Translations under genes and position numbers: made by a program | In this document: positions 1-12,510 of the stretch, piece by piece | Layout of the letters: every line of letters begins with the position of its first letter | Position numbering within the stretch: position 1 is the stretch's first letter | The notes under the pieces: generated by a model | Seen by the model: the letters and a program-made list of their open reading frames with translations, nothing else | The model's database searches: none | What the model was told of the DNA's origin: nothing | Assembly (NCBI RefSeq): GCF_963921235.1 | Contig: NC_086097.1 | Coordinates: 195,550,001-195,614,000, forward strand | Origin: Mobula hypostoma | Taxonomy: Eukaryota | Direction of reading: 5' to 3' | Length of the DNA: 64,000 nt

Positions 1-1150
1 TAAAATTATACTTAATCTACATAAATGAATTAGAAATATTAATATTAAATGAAATAACGTAAAAACTGAATCACCTACCTTCCATTGCCATCCAATTTGG
101 TGACTTCATTCAGGTTAATGGTTTGCTCTGCATTTACTAGTAAAATACAAAGTATGCCTGGCCCCTCAGCTAAACACGAAAACATAAAAAAATCCTGCAG
201 AGCTGGAAATCTCAAATCAAAATACTCAGCAGCTCAGGCCACACCCGTGCGAAGAGAGGCAGAGCTAATGTTTGACACATTTCCATCCCTGGGCCTGGCA
301 CTGAATCCAACGGAAGTGCAGGATGTTCGATCTGCTGAGCTCTGACATGCAGAAGCATAAGATCCAGTGAGTATCAGCACAGAGAAAAGAAGTTCAAGGC
401 AAATCTGACCAGACCTCCTGAGACTTTTCAGGCTCTTTAAGCACTTTAGATTTCCAACATCCACTATTATGCTGGATCTTCCAAATAGTCCCCAGGTTCA
501 TTCGTCTGATCCCATGGGAGCATATTGTTTCTTCCAACATGCTTCTGGATACAATTCACTGAAAGATGGCATGTCTCCAGATAGTTGGCAAGACCCTTTC
601 TGGTGGCTGTCTTTTCCAGCACTGTGGCTAGCCAGCCCATGAATATATTCAGACTCCTCTGTCTCCAAGCTTGAGATGCAAAGTCAGGAGTCCAAAACTG
701 ATGTAAGAAAACAAATAAAGTAATCATTCCAAGACCTCTATCATGCATATTCAAAGGGGTCAGAAAATACAAAGGTATCATTAACTGATTATCACAACTA
801 TATAGTGAGAGCATTCTCGATAACATTTCTTAATAGGTGTACATTTGTTGTCCTTCGTCCACACCATGTTACAATGTTGTAAGCTCATATTAGTTCACAC
901 CTTTAGTGCTTAATTTAGCAAGGTTAACCCTTCCCTGAAATGAACATCCTACACAAATCTCTGTATTAGTAGTGAGTTGTCAAATCAATGTGACCAGTTC
1001 TAAAAAATATGAAGAGTTATTCAGTATATTTATATCAGTGTCAAGATGCTAATTCAATCTGGCTCAGTTTCAGGCAGCTCCTTTTTAGTCATCTCCCAAG
1101 ATTGCTCTCATTCATTTGGAGATAAGCTCCTGAAAACAAGTTGCCTTTTT

Positions 1151-1375
1151 AGTTTATTTTTATTTATTTTTTAGTGATACAGCACAGTAACAGAACCTTC
1201 CAGTCCAATTAACTTACTAACCCATACATCTTTGGAAAGTGGGAGGAAACCAGAACACCCAGAGGAAACTCACATGGTCACAGCGAGAAGGTATGGACTC
1301 CTCACAGACTGTGGGGGAGCTGAACCCAGGTTATTGGTGCCGTAGTAGCGTTACGTTAAGGGCTATGCTACCATC
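1151..1375 (-). mobile_element. tRNA-derived SINE (V-SINE/HE1-like) with CR1-like 3' tail
   Basis: The minus strand starts with A-box-like GGTAGCATAGC and B-box-like GGGTTCAGCTCC. It has a central GGGAGGAAACCAGAACACCCAGAGGAAACTCAC motif (as read on +) and an A-rich tail. Homologous to 1640-1892 and 41470-41735. Confidence 0.75.
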
Positions 1376-1639
1376 CAAGTAGGCCAGCTGCAATTCAATA
1401 AGCCCAGAGCCACCTGAGCTACTGACATTCACTGACATTCAGCAGCCCTTGCATGCCAATTAATTTTGCCCCTGCTCAAGTCACTATTGATGGGGCCGTT
1501 CAGAGGTATATTGCTTGGGAAAGCCCATAGGCACTCCATGCTCTCTGGAGCTGACACCGGACCCTTAGAAGTTAGGTTGAACTTGAAATCACGACTCAGA
1601 GGATAGATTCAGGCCCCAAAAACAAAGACAATTATCAGG

Positions 1640-1892
1640 GTGGTACTGTAGCATAGCAGTTAGCATGACGTTATTACAGCGTCAATGACCATAGTTCAGT
1701 AACACTGCTGTTTGTAACGAGTTTGTACGCTCTCCCTGTGACTGCATGAGCTTTTTCCAGATGCTCCAGTTTCCTCTCACATTCCAGAGATGTACAGGTT
1801 AGTAGGTTAATTGGTTACATGGGTGGAATTAGGTGGTGCAGGATTGTCAACAGGGAGTGCCTGTTATTGTGTTGTATCTCTAAATAAAAACA
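1640..1892 (+). mobile_element. tRNA-derived SINE, same family
   Basis: GTAGCATAGCAGTTAGC head, GATGCTCCAGTTTCCTCTCACATTCC core, and CCTGTTATTGTGTTGTATCTCTAAATAAAAA tail resembling the CR1 3' end. Confidence 0.75.
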
Positions 1893-2262
1893 ATACCATC
1901 ATTTTTCAGTGTTAGATTTATTAACATTACTGGATGCCTTTCAAGTTCAGGCACAATATATATACATCAACATTGTCTTACAAGCTGCTACTTTTTTTAT
2001 TTCATTTGACAAAAATTTACCATATACATTTGATTACCTCCTTTAGTGGTACGAAGAATTTTTCAAATGTTTTTCCCAAATTAGCAAATTCAATTAGTTT
2101 GTAGTTGAAGTAATGAATTGAAGAAAACCTAGGGCAAGTCCATGAGATACTCCAATGGAAAGTGATCTAATTCAAAATGGAATCACTTACTCCTCAATTC
2201 CTTGAATGATGAACACAGTCAGGAAGGTAGCTAGCCATATTTTTTCTTTTTTCATTCTAAAC

Positions 2263-2897
2263 GAGAGGATTCGAGTACAGGAGCAGGGAGGTACTACTGC
2301 AGTTGTACAAGGCCTTGGTGAGACCACACCTGGAGTATTGTGTGCAGTTTTGGTCCCCTAATCTGAGGAAAGACATCCTTGCCATAGAGGGAGTACAAAG
2401 AAGGTTCACCAGATTGATTCCTGGGATGGCAGGTCTTTCATATGAAGAAAGACTGGATGAACTGGGCTTGTACTCGTTGGAATTTAGAAGATTGAGGGGG
2501 GATCTGATTGAAACGTATAAGATCCTAAAGGGATTGGACAGGCTAGATGCGGGAAGATTGTTCCCGATGTTGGGGAGGTCTAGAACGAGGGGTCACAGTT
2601 TGAGGATAGAGGGGAAGCCTTTTAGGACCGAGGTTAGGAAAAACTTCTTCACACAGAGAGTGGTGAATCTGTGGAATTCTCTGCCACAGCAAACTGTTGA
2701 GGCCAGTTCATTAGCTATGTTTAAAAGGAAGTTAGATATGGCCCTTGTGGCTACAGGGGTCACGGGGTATGGAGGGAAGGCTGGGTTCTGAGTTGGATGA
2801 TCAGCCATGATCATAATAAATGGCGGTGCAGGCTCGAAGGGCCGAATGGCCTACTCCTGCACCTATTTTCTATGTTTCTATGTTTCTATGTTTCTAT
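2263..2897 (+). mobile_element. Young 5'-truncated CR1 LINE (ORF2 C-terminus + 3'UTR)
   Basis: ORF 2303-2791 LVRPHLEYCVQFWSP...RTRGHSL...FFTQRVVNLWNSLP and a (TTCTATGT)n tail. Nearly identical to 34096-34728. Inserted in a Rex-like element with a short TAAAC duplication. Confidence 0.95.
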
Positions 2898-4020
2898 AAA
2901 CACTGGTGCCCACATAGTTATGTCTTAAGCTCCCTACTCACTCATTCGTTGTCGTCGTCATCTGAACCCTTAGTGCCTAGGTGGCACATGGGGCCCCTAC
3001 AAGGGTCTTCCATGTCTGCCGGTCTTTCGCTCTGCTGCTCGCCGTTACCCAGTTCATGCCTACTTCTTTCAGTTCTGCTTCCACAGATCTTCCCCACATC
3101 ATTAGACACCCTTGCCTATGTGCCCAGATTCAGTTCTGAATTCATCGACAGGTTTACAGGTGATACCACCATAGTGAGCCATATCTCAAATAATGATCAG
3201 TCAGAGCACAGGAAGAAGATGGAGAGACTAGTGACATAGTGTCATGATAATGCTGTCAGCAGACTAAGAGAGTTAATAATTTTCTTCAGGAAGGAGGCAG
3301 TGCAAATACTCCTGTTTATATCAGTGTTGCTGAGGTCAAAAGGGCTGAGAACTTCAAGTTCCAAAGAGTGAGCAACATCAGTAGCCTGTCCTGGTCTAAC
3401 CACATTGATGTCAGATCCAAGAAAGTTCACCAGTGCCTCTGCCTTCTCAAGAAGCCAAAGGAATTTGATCAATCCCATTTGACCCTCATCAATTTTTATC
3501 TATGCAGCACAGAACGCATCCTACTGGAATGCCTCAAGGCTTGGTATTGCAGCTCCACAGCCCATGAATGCAGGAAACTGCTGAGTGTTGTGAACAAAGC
3601 TCCGCACATCAAGGAAACCTGTCCCTCCTCTGTGGACAGTCTACAATTCTCACTATCTCGGTAAAGCGCCAACATGATCAAAAATGTCACCTATACCAGA
3701 CATTTTTTCTTCTCCCCCTCCCATGAGAGAGAAAATAGAAAAGCCTGAAAGATGTATACCAGGCTGAAGGACAGCTTCTATCTTCCTTTTATAAGATTAT
3801 TGAATGGTTCCCTAGTACAATACGATGGACATGTGGTCTCACAACTTAGCTTGTTCTGACCTTGTTTTGTATTGTACTGTATTTTCTCTGTAACTGTAAT
3901 TCTTTATTCTGCATTGCTTTACCTTGTACTATATCAATGAATTGCTGTAATGAATTGTTTCGCATGAAAAGTATGCAAAAGAAGCTTTTTAACGGAACCT
4001 CATACATGTGAAATAATAAG
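2898..4020 (+). mobile_element. Degenerate Rex1/Babar-like LINE 3' part
   Basis: Decayed [18 protein letters not shown] and FTGDTTIV (FADDT) motifs, plus SLSWSNHID...KK. Collinear with the better copy at 44160-45400. Confidence 0.8.
2942..3100 (-). mobile_element. Short insert interrupting the Rex-like RT, probably an RTE-type LINE 3' end
   Basis: Breaks the Rex RT between the SPLL and THDC-like motifs. On the minus strand it ends ...CCCATGTGCCACCTAGGCACTAAGGGTTCA followed by GATGACGACGACAAC triplet repeats. Confidence 0.45.
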
Positions 4021-4097
4021 TCAATCATTTCTAGCCATGTCCATATATTAACAGTTAAGTCTTCCGCTGTCAGAATAATAAACTGTGAACCTTTACA

Positions 4098-4183
4098 AAC
4101 AAGAAAAAATCTGCAGATACTGGAAATCCAAACAACACACACAAAATGCTGCCTGGCCTGCTGAGTTCCTCCAACATCTTGTG
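4098..4183. mobile_element. Short fold-back PLE-tail insert
   Basis: A reversed tail arm is joined at ATGCTG to a forward arm. Flanks are TGTG(A/G)ACCTTTACA at 4084-4097 and 4184-4197. Confidence 0.75.
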
Positions 4184-4220
4184 TGTGGACCTTTACAGAT
4201 GTTTTTCAGCAATATATATC

Positions 4221-5433
4221 GAGTCATTGAGTCATAAAAACTACAGCACAAAAAAAGGCCCTTCGTCCAATCCAGTCCATGCCAAACAATTTAAACTGCC
4301 TAGTCCCAATGACCTGCACCAGGACCATAGCCCTTCATACCCCTGCCTTCCACGTACCAACACAAACTTCTCTTGAACATTGAAATCAAAATCGTATCCA
4401 CCACCTGTGCTGGCAGCTCATTCTATACCCACCACTCTCTGAATGAAGAAGTTTCCTTTCATGTTCCCTTTAAACATTTCACCTTTCACATTTAACCCAT
4501 GACCTCTAATTGTGGTCTTACCCAACCTCAGCGGAAAAAGCCTACTTGTGTTTACCCTATCTATAACCCTCATAATTTTGGAAACCTCCATCAAATCTGG
4601 TCAATCTTCAATGTTCCAAGGAATAAAGTCTTAAACTATTCAGTCTTTTCTCATAACTTAGGTCCCCCAGTCCTGGCAGCATCCTTGTAAGTTTTCTATG
4701 TAGTCTTTTAATCTTTCCTGGATATCCAAATTAGGCCTCACCAATAACTTCCCAACTCCTGTAGTCAGTACTTTCTGCTATGAAGGCCAATGTGCCAAAA
4801 GCTTCCTTAACAATTCTATTTACATGAGACGTCACTTTAAAGGAATTATGGACCTGTATTCCCAGATCCCCTTGTTCTACCACACTCCTCATGCCCTACT
4901 GCTCTCTGTGTAAGACCTACCCTGGTTGGTCCTCCCAAAGTGCAACTCCATTTTTCAGCCATTTTTCCAGCTGGTCTTATCCTGCCGCAAGCCATGATAG
5001 TCTTCCTTGCTGTCCACTGCAGTCCCAATCTTGGTGTCATCCTCAAATTTGCTTATCCAGTTAACCACACGATCATCCTGATCATTGATATAGGTGACAC
5101 AACAAAGGACCCAGCACCGATCCATGCGGAACTCCACTAGTCACAAGCATTCAGTCAGAAAGGCAACCATCTACTACCACTCTCTGGCTTCTCCAACAAA
5201 GCCAATGTCTAATCAAATTCACTCCCTCATCTTGAATGTTAAGTGACCCATCTCCCATGCAGGACCTTGAGAAGTACTTTCCTAAGTTCCATGCAGACAA
5301 AATCCACTGCCTTTGCTTGATCAACTTTCCTGGTAACATCCTCAAAAAAAACTCTTATAAGATTGTTGGATGCAACCAATCATGCACAAAGCCATGCTGA
5401 CTATCCCTAATCAATCTCTGTCTATCCAAATAC
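4221..5433 (-). mobile_element. CR1 LINE fragment with internal deletions
   Basis: Minus-strand peptides YINDQDDRVVNWISKFEDDTKIG and SQRVVVDGCLSD. The CR1 3'UTR is at the 4221 end. Confidence 0.9.
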
Positions 5434-7243
5434 TCTTGGATAGGCCTTGGCGAGCAGGTTGAATAAGAACCCCAAGACATTCTATAAGTATATGAAGAGC
5501 AAGAGGATGAGCCGTGTGAGAATAGGACCAATCAGGACTGAGAGTGGAAATGTGTGCATGGAGCCGGAGGAGGTAGTGGAGGTACTTAATAAATATTTTG
5601 CTTCAGTATTCACCAGTGTAAAGGACCTTGGAAATTGTGGGGTGACTTACAGTTGACTGAAAAGCTTGAGTATGTAGACATTAAGAAAGGGGATGTGCTG
5701 GAGCTTTTGAAAGGTGCTAAGTTAGATAAGTCGCAGGGAATGGATGAGATATAACCCAGGCTACTGTGGGAAGAAAGGGAGAAGATTGATGAGCCTCTGG
5801 CAATGATCTTTTCATCATCAATACGGACAGGAGAAGTACTAGAGGATTGGATGGTTGCCAAAGTTGTTCCCTTGTTCAAGAAAGGGAGTCGAGATAACCT
5901 TGGAAATTACAGACCAGTGAGTCTTACTTCAGTGGGGGACAAGTTGTTGGAGAAGATCCTGAAAGACAGAATTTATGAGCATTTGGGGGAGACATAATCT
6001 GATTAGGGATAGTCAGCATGGCTTTGTCAAGAGCAGGTCACACCTTCTTAACCTGATTGAATTCTATGAGGATGTAACAAACATTGATGAAGGTAGACCA
6101 ATGGATTTCAGTAAGGCATTTGATAAGCTTCCCCATGCGAGGCTCACTCAGAAAGTAATGAGGAATGGGATCCAAGGAGATCTCGGTTTGTGGATCCAGA
6201 ATTGGTTTGCCCACAGAAGGCAAAGGGTGGTTGTAGATTGTTCATATTCTGCATAGAGGTCAGTAACCAGTGGTGTTCCACAGGGATCTGTTCTGGGACC
6301 ACTCCTATTTGTGATTTTTATAAATGGGGGAGTGGAGGGGTGGGTTGGGGGCATTGTGGATGTCTCGGGGGTTGTCAGAGTTTACAGTGGGACATCAATA
6401 GGATGTAGAACTGGGCTAAGAAGTGGCAGATGGAGTTTAACCCAGACAAGTGTGAAGTGGTTCATTTTAGTAGGTCAAATTTAAGGACAGAATATTCTGT
6501 AATATTAATGGTAAGACACTTGGCAGCATGCAGGATCAGTGAAATCGTGGGGTCCATGTCCATAGGACACTCAAAGCTGCTGCGCTGGTTGACAGTGTTG
6601 CTAAGGAGGCATCTGGTCTCTTGGGATTCATTAACTGTGGGATTGAGTTCAAGATCCTTGAGGTAATGTTACAACTATATAAGACCTCAGTTAGACCCCA
6701 CTTGGAGTACTGTGTTCATTTCTGGTCATCTCATTACAGGACAGATGTGGATACTATAGAGAGAGTGCAGAAGAGACTTACAAGGATGTGCCTGGATTGG
6801 AGAACATGCCTTTTGAGAATAGGTTGAGTGAACTCGGCCTTTTCTCCTTGGAGCGACTGAAGGACGAGAGGTGACCTGATAGAGGTGTATAAGATGATGA
6901 GGGGCATTGATCGTGTGGATAGCCAGAGGCTTTTTCCTAGGGCTGAAGTGGCTAACACAAGGGTGCTTAGTTTTAGGATGCTTGTAAGTATGTACAAATG
7001 GGATGTCAGAGGTAAGTTTTTCACATAGAGAGTGGTGAGTACATGAAATGCACTGCCAGCAGCGGTGGTGGAACAGATACTATAGGGACTTTTAAGAGAC
7101 TCTTAAATAGGTACATGGAGCTTAGAAAAATAGAGGGCTATGCAGTGGGGAAATTCTAGCCAGTTTCTAGAGTAAGTTACTTGGTCAGCACAACATTGTG
7201 GGCCTGTTATGTGCTGTAGACGTCTATAATTCTATGTTTCTAT
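5434..7243 (+). mobile_element. CR1 LINE, frameshifted ORF2 RT region to 3' end
   Basis: KNPKTFYKY, EDWMVAKVVPLFKKGSRDNLGNYRPVSLTSV, DFSKAFDK and RPHLEYCVHFWS motifs, with a TTCTATGTTTCTAT tail. Confidence 0.93.
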
Positions 7244-7886
7244 GGTTCTCCCAAAGTGCAACACTTCATACTTGTCTGGAATTGAGTTTAGGAGCCAAGA
7301 GGTAATGTTGCAGCTATATAGGACTGTTGTCAGACCCCACTTGGAGCACTGTGCTCAGATCTGGTCATCTCACTACAGGAAGGATGTGGAAACCATAGAA
7401 AGGGTGCAGAGGAGATTTACAAGGATGTTCTCTGGTTTGGGGAGCATGACTTATGAGAATAGATTGAGTGAACTCGGCCTTTTCTCCTTGGAGCGACAGA
7501 GGATGAGAGGTGACCTGATAGATGTGTACAAGATGATGAGAGACATTGATCATGTGGATAGTCAGAGGTTTTTTCCCAGGGCTGAAATGGCTAGAACAAG
7601 AAGGCACAGTTTTCAGGTGCCTGGAAGCAGGTACAGAAGAGATGTCAGGGGTAAGTTTTTTTACGCAGAGAGTGGTGAGTACGTGGAATGGGCTGCTGGC
7701 AACAGTGGTGGAGCTGGAAATGATAAAGTCTTTTAAGAGACTCCTGGATAGGTACATGGAGCTTAGAAAAATAGAGGGCTATGGGTAACCCTAGGTAATT
7801 TCTAAAGTGAGTACATGTTCAGCACAGCATTGTGGGCCAAAGGGCCTGTATTGTGCTGTAGGTTTTCTATGTTTCTATGTTTCTAT
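7244..7886 (+). mobile_element. CR1 3' fragment with a short inverted CR1 piece at its 5' end
   Basis: GIEFRSQEVMLQLYRTVVRPHLEHC and a (TTCTATGT)n tail. 7244-7280 is reverse-oriented CR1 (DKYEVLHFGR). Confidence 0.88.
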
Positions 7887-8898
7887 CTCTGCTAGGGCCC
7901 CTGCACTTTCTGCACTCGAGATTTAATCACCCTGATTTTTCTCAAGACAGCAATCATTTCCTCCTCTGTAATCTGTAAAGTGTCCAGGAGCTCGACTCTG
8001 CTCTCCCTCACTTCTATAGACTCTCTGTCCATCTCCCAAACAAATACAAATGCAAAAAATCCATTTAAGATCTCCCCCATCCCTTTTGGCTCCATGCAGG
8101 GATTACCATTCTGATCTTCCAGAGGACCAATTTTATCCCTTGCAATCCTTTTGCTCTTAACATATCCATAGAATCTCTTAGGATTCTCATTCAACTTGTC
8201 TGCTAGAGCAACCTCATGCCTTCTTTTAGCTCTCCTGATTTCTGTCATAGGTGTTCTGAAGCACTCCTTAAGTACTTAACTCCCCCCCCTCACCCCACTG
8301 CCTATACCTGCCATGCACTTCCTTTTTTTTCCTAACCAGGGCCTCAATACCTCTTGAAAACCAAGGTTTCCTAAACCAGTTATCTGTGCCTTTTACTCTG
8401 ACAGGCACATACAGGCATTTCACTCCCAAAATTTCACTTTTGAAGGCATCCCACTTTCCCACTTACCAAGCACACCTTTGCCAGAAAATAGACTGCCCCA
8501 ATCCATACTTGCCAGATCCTTTCTGATACCATCAAAAATGTTCTTTCTCCAATTTAGAATTTACAAGGACCAGAACTAACTTTTTCCATATTAAATTGAC
8601 ACTAATAGCATTATGATCACTAAATGCCAAGAATTCCCCTACACAAACTCCTGCCGCCTGCCCTGTCTCATTCCCTAATAGAAAGTCAAGTATAGCATAC
8701 TCTCTTATTGAGACTTCTTTGTACCAGATAGAGAAACTTTACTGAACACATTTGACAAACCCTATCCCGTTTAGTCGTTTTACAGGATTAGATCCCCAGT
8801 CAATATGTCAAAAGTTAAAATCACCTACTATTACAACCTACAAATACAAAATGCTGGTGGAACGTAGCAGGCCAAGCAGCATCTACAGGAAGAAACAC

Positions 8899-8934
8899 AG
8901 TCGACATTTCGGGCCGAGATCCTTCGTCAGGACT
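8899..8934 (-). ncRNA. Minimal hammerhead ribozyme motif in PLE tail
   Basis: The minus strand reads AGTC-CTGACGA-AGGATCTCGGCCC-GAAATGTC-GACT: helix I AGTC/GACT, CUGANGA and GAAA core boxes, GUC triplet. Helix III has a C>T change. Confidence 0.7.
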
Positions 8935-9192
8935 AACTGAAAGAAGAGATAGTAAGAGATTTGAAAGTGGGAAGGGGAGGGGGAGATCCAAAATGATAGG
9001 AGAAGACAGGAGGGTGAGGGATAAAGCTAAGAGCTGGAAAGTTGATTGGCAAAAGGGATACAGAGCTGGAGAAGGGGGACGATCATGGGACGGGAGGCCA
9101 AGGGAGAAAGAAAGGGGGAGGGGAGCCCAAAAGAAGATGGAGAGCAGGCAAGGAGTGATTGTGAGAGGAACTGAGAGAGAAAAAAAAGTTGG

Positions 9193-9229
9193 ATAAATAA
9201 ATAAATAAATAAATAAATAGATAAATAGA

Positions 9230-9296
<67 letters not shown>
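9193..9296. repeat. (ATAA)n microsatellite inside PLE
   Basis: About 26 near-perfect tetranucleotide units with two ATAG variants. Confidence 0.97.
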
Positions 9297-12169
9297 GGAA
9301 TGGGGCAAAAAGGGGAGGAGGGGCATTAATGGAAGCTAGAGAAATCAATGTTCATGCCATCAGGTTGGAGGCTACCCAGACAGAATATAAGGTGTTGTTC
9401 CTCCAGCCTGAGTGTGGCTTCATCTTTACAGTAGAGGAGGCCATGGATTGACACATCAGAATGGGAATGGGATGTGGAATTGAAATATGTGGCCACTGGG
9501 AGATCCTGCAGTGCGTAGGTGTTCAGCGAAACAGTCTCCCAGTCTGCATCGGGTCTCACCAATATATAGAAGGCCGCACCAGGAGCACCGGATGCAGTGT
9601 TTCACACTAGCCGACTCACAGGTGAAGTGTCACCTCACCTGGTAGGACTGTCTGGGGCCTGAATGGTGGTGAGGGAGGAAGTGTAAGGGCATGTGTAGCA
9701 CTGGTTCTGCTTACAAAGGTAAGTGCCAAGAGGGAGATCGGTGGAAAGGGATGGGGGCGGGGGGAAACAAATGGACAAGTGAGTCACATAGGGAGTGATC
9801 CCTGCGGAAAGCAGAAAGGGGGGGGAAGGAAAGATGTGTTTGGTGGTGGGATCCCATCGGAGGTGGCAGAAGTTACGAAGAATTATATGTTGGACCTGGA
9901 GGATGGTGGGGTGGTAGGTGAGGACAAGGGGAACCCTATCCCTAGTGGGATGGCGGGAGGTTGGGGTGAGAGCAGATGTGCATGAAACGGGAGAGATGCG
10001 TTTGAGAGCAGAGTTGATGGTGGAGGAAGGGAAGCCCCTTTCTTTAAAAAAGGAAGACATCTCCTTCATCCTGGAATGAAAAGCCTCATTCTGAGAGCAG
10101 ATGCGGCGGAGACAGAGGAATTGCAAGAAGGGGATGGCATTTTTGCAAGAGACAGCATGGGAAGAGGACTAGTCCAGGTAGCTGTGAGAGTCCGTCAGCT
10201 TATAGTAGACATCAGTAGATAAGCTGCCTCCAGAGATAGAGACAGAAAGATCAAGAAAGGGGAGGGAGGTGTACTATAACAACCTTATGTTTCTTGCAAC
10301 AGTCTGCAATCTCTCTACAAATTTGTTCCTCTAAATCCCACTGACTGTTAGGTAGTCTATAATATAGCCTCATTAACACAGCCATTTCTTTCTTAGTCCT
10401 CAGTTCCTCCCATAAATCCTCGCTAGATGAGTTCTCCAGTCTATCCTGACTGAGCACTACCGTGACATTTCCCCTGACTAGTAATGCCACCCCTCCCCCT
10501 TTAATGCCTTCTGCTTTATATTGTCTACAACAACGGAAACCCAGAATATTGAATATTTCCAAGGATCATTTTGATAACTTATTTTAAGAAAAATCATTCA
10601 AAATATGTAAACTAATATAAAACAAACCTCAACTATAAAACCCTTATATTAACATTCACATTGAGTGGATACATGTCAAGTACATATAGTATTTTTATTA
10701 ACTGGTCACTGAATGTAAAACACAACTGAAGAAATTCACATGAAATGACAAGCATTCTATAGTGAATAAGTTCCTATGTTTCAAAAAAAAGTAGCTGCAC
10801 AGTTACTAGGATTAAGCCCACAGCAAAATTCTGCTTAGCTAATATGTGTCATGTATATGCCATAAATTACAGACTTCTCAAGTGCAATAAATCGTAAATA
10901 TAGTGGTAGAAATCATTGAAGTATCTATCTTTTTGTTGAAAATATATCAGGACCAGCAAAACTGAAAATTACACCATGATTCTATTTATTCTGTTTCACT
11001 GCCACTTGGTAAAATGGATGCCTATCAACGTTCAAGCGATCACAGTATGTGGACTTTAATATAATTTACTTGTTGGGGTGTAGCATTCATGCCGCAGTGT
11101 AAAAGGAAAGACAAGGCTATTTGCCATGGCAACTAGAACTCCAGGGAGCAACCTCATATACCAAACAAGGGACCATATGGGAGCACATAAACAAAGCAAA
11201 ATGTTATCCTGAAACCATGTTTGCTGGTTAAATGATTTGGAAATGAATAATATAACAGCATGATTGCCTAAACAAGTTACTTTGTGAAAATAGTGAAGTT
11301 TCACAATGAATCCATTGTAATCCTCCAATCACAAAAATGAACTAGATGTTAACATTAAAATTTAATAACAAAGCCCCTTTAAATATTTAACATAACTCAA
11401 AGGTCTCAGCTTTCTTCACCCAGCATGATGTTCTGTCTCCATGTCTTTGTGCAAATTAGTATTCATTAAAAAAATCCACCTGGTTATCCTACTGCAGTGC
11501 CATCTCCACAGCACATTAATCACCTCAGTCAGTGTATAGAGCAACAGAATTTAGATTGAACCTAAACTAATTCTTTGATGGCTCACAAATTTAATCAAAT
11601 ATTTCAGTTCTTCTTCTCTCTTTTTCCTGGGGTGTGTACGTGGCCAATTAATTTAAATAATGTGAAGATCTGTGCCTGCACCTTCTGTAAGATGAAGCCT
11701 CTATCAATAATTTAACAAAAATATTCAAATATTTTAAATTTTATATTGTTACTTCTAAGTATGTTAATTGCAGCTTTAAAACAAGAACAGAAAGTTCAAT
11801 TATTTTAGGTGCAAAATTTATATGAATGATGGGACCACGACAATACATAGCACAGCACAGCAGAGTACATGCAGCACCAAGAAAGATAATTTGGCTGAGC
11901 TAGTCAGCAATGATGTTTGATTCACTCAAGCCTCCTCCCATTCCTTTTCATGGAATTCCATCAATATATCCTTTAATTTCATTCTGGCTTCCTATATGAC
12001 AAAGCAATCTCTTCTTTAAAAGGACACTGTCAGATATAAAATCATCTGGAAATCCTAACAAGCTGAAAAAAAAACTCCATTAATCTAAGCCTTTATTTAT
12101 TTCTATGTTAAATACTTGCATTAGTTACCCATAGAGGTAGTGACTTCCACATTTAAACTTTTTCCAGAT

Positions 12170-12510
12170 AGTAAGTATGGCACCATATCACTCAAAGTTA
12201 ATCTCATTTCCCTGTGTTATGGTCACAATTCGATGATTTCCCTATCTATCTAGGTACATCTCCAATGCCTTTTAAATGTTGTAATTGTATCTGCCTCTAT
12301 CAACTCCCTTAGCAGTGTGTTCCAAATAACCATAACATTCTGAGTGGAAAAAAATATCCATCAGACCTCCTTTAAATTTCTTTCTTCATACCTTAAACCT
12401 GTGCCCTCTAGTTGTATACCCCACTAACCTGTAAAAACAAGTTTTGACTATCTGCGCCCCTCATTATTTTATAAACTTTTACAAGCTCTCCATTCACCCT
12501 CCTCTCTGAA
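12170..12510 (-). mobile_element. Old CR1 3' fragment
   Basis: Decayed match to the CR1 3' region, e.g. CCTTAAACCTGTGCCCTCTAGT is the reverse complement of the TRGHRFK coding sequence. Confidence 0.65.

Larger units (their letters stand above)
8840..10271 (-). mobile_element. 5'-truncated Penelope-like element (RT C-terminus, GIY-YIG region, 3' tail with hammerhead)
   Basis: QFLCLRRICS...ERGFP...RVPLVLTYHP, a Cys cluster (CKQNQCYTC), and RLEEQHLIFCLGSLQPDGMN. The TSD TACTAT(T/A)ACAACCT is at 8826-8839 and 10272-10285. Confidence 0.9.
7890..10560 (-). mobile_element. CR1 ORF2 5' part (APE endonuclease and linker), split by a PLE insertion
   Basis: KGGGVALLVR...YYRLPNSQ (APE) at 10272-10560 and EIRRAKRRHE...NPKRFYGYVKSK at 7892-8248. 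Confidence 0.9.

Noticed and set aside
73..170. Possible minus-strand exon (TTTAG acceptor, AG/GTAGGT donor, short open frame)
   Set aside because: The peptide is unrecognisable, the acceptor abuts a repeat tail, and no partner exons were found.
234..826. Two adjacent minus-strand ORFs (119 and 76 aa)
   Set aside because: No recognisable domain. Likely chance ORFs or decayed repeat.
8821..9348. ORFs with YLFI repeats
   Set aside because: Translation of the (ATAA)n microsatellite.
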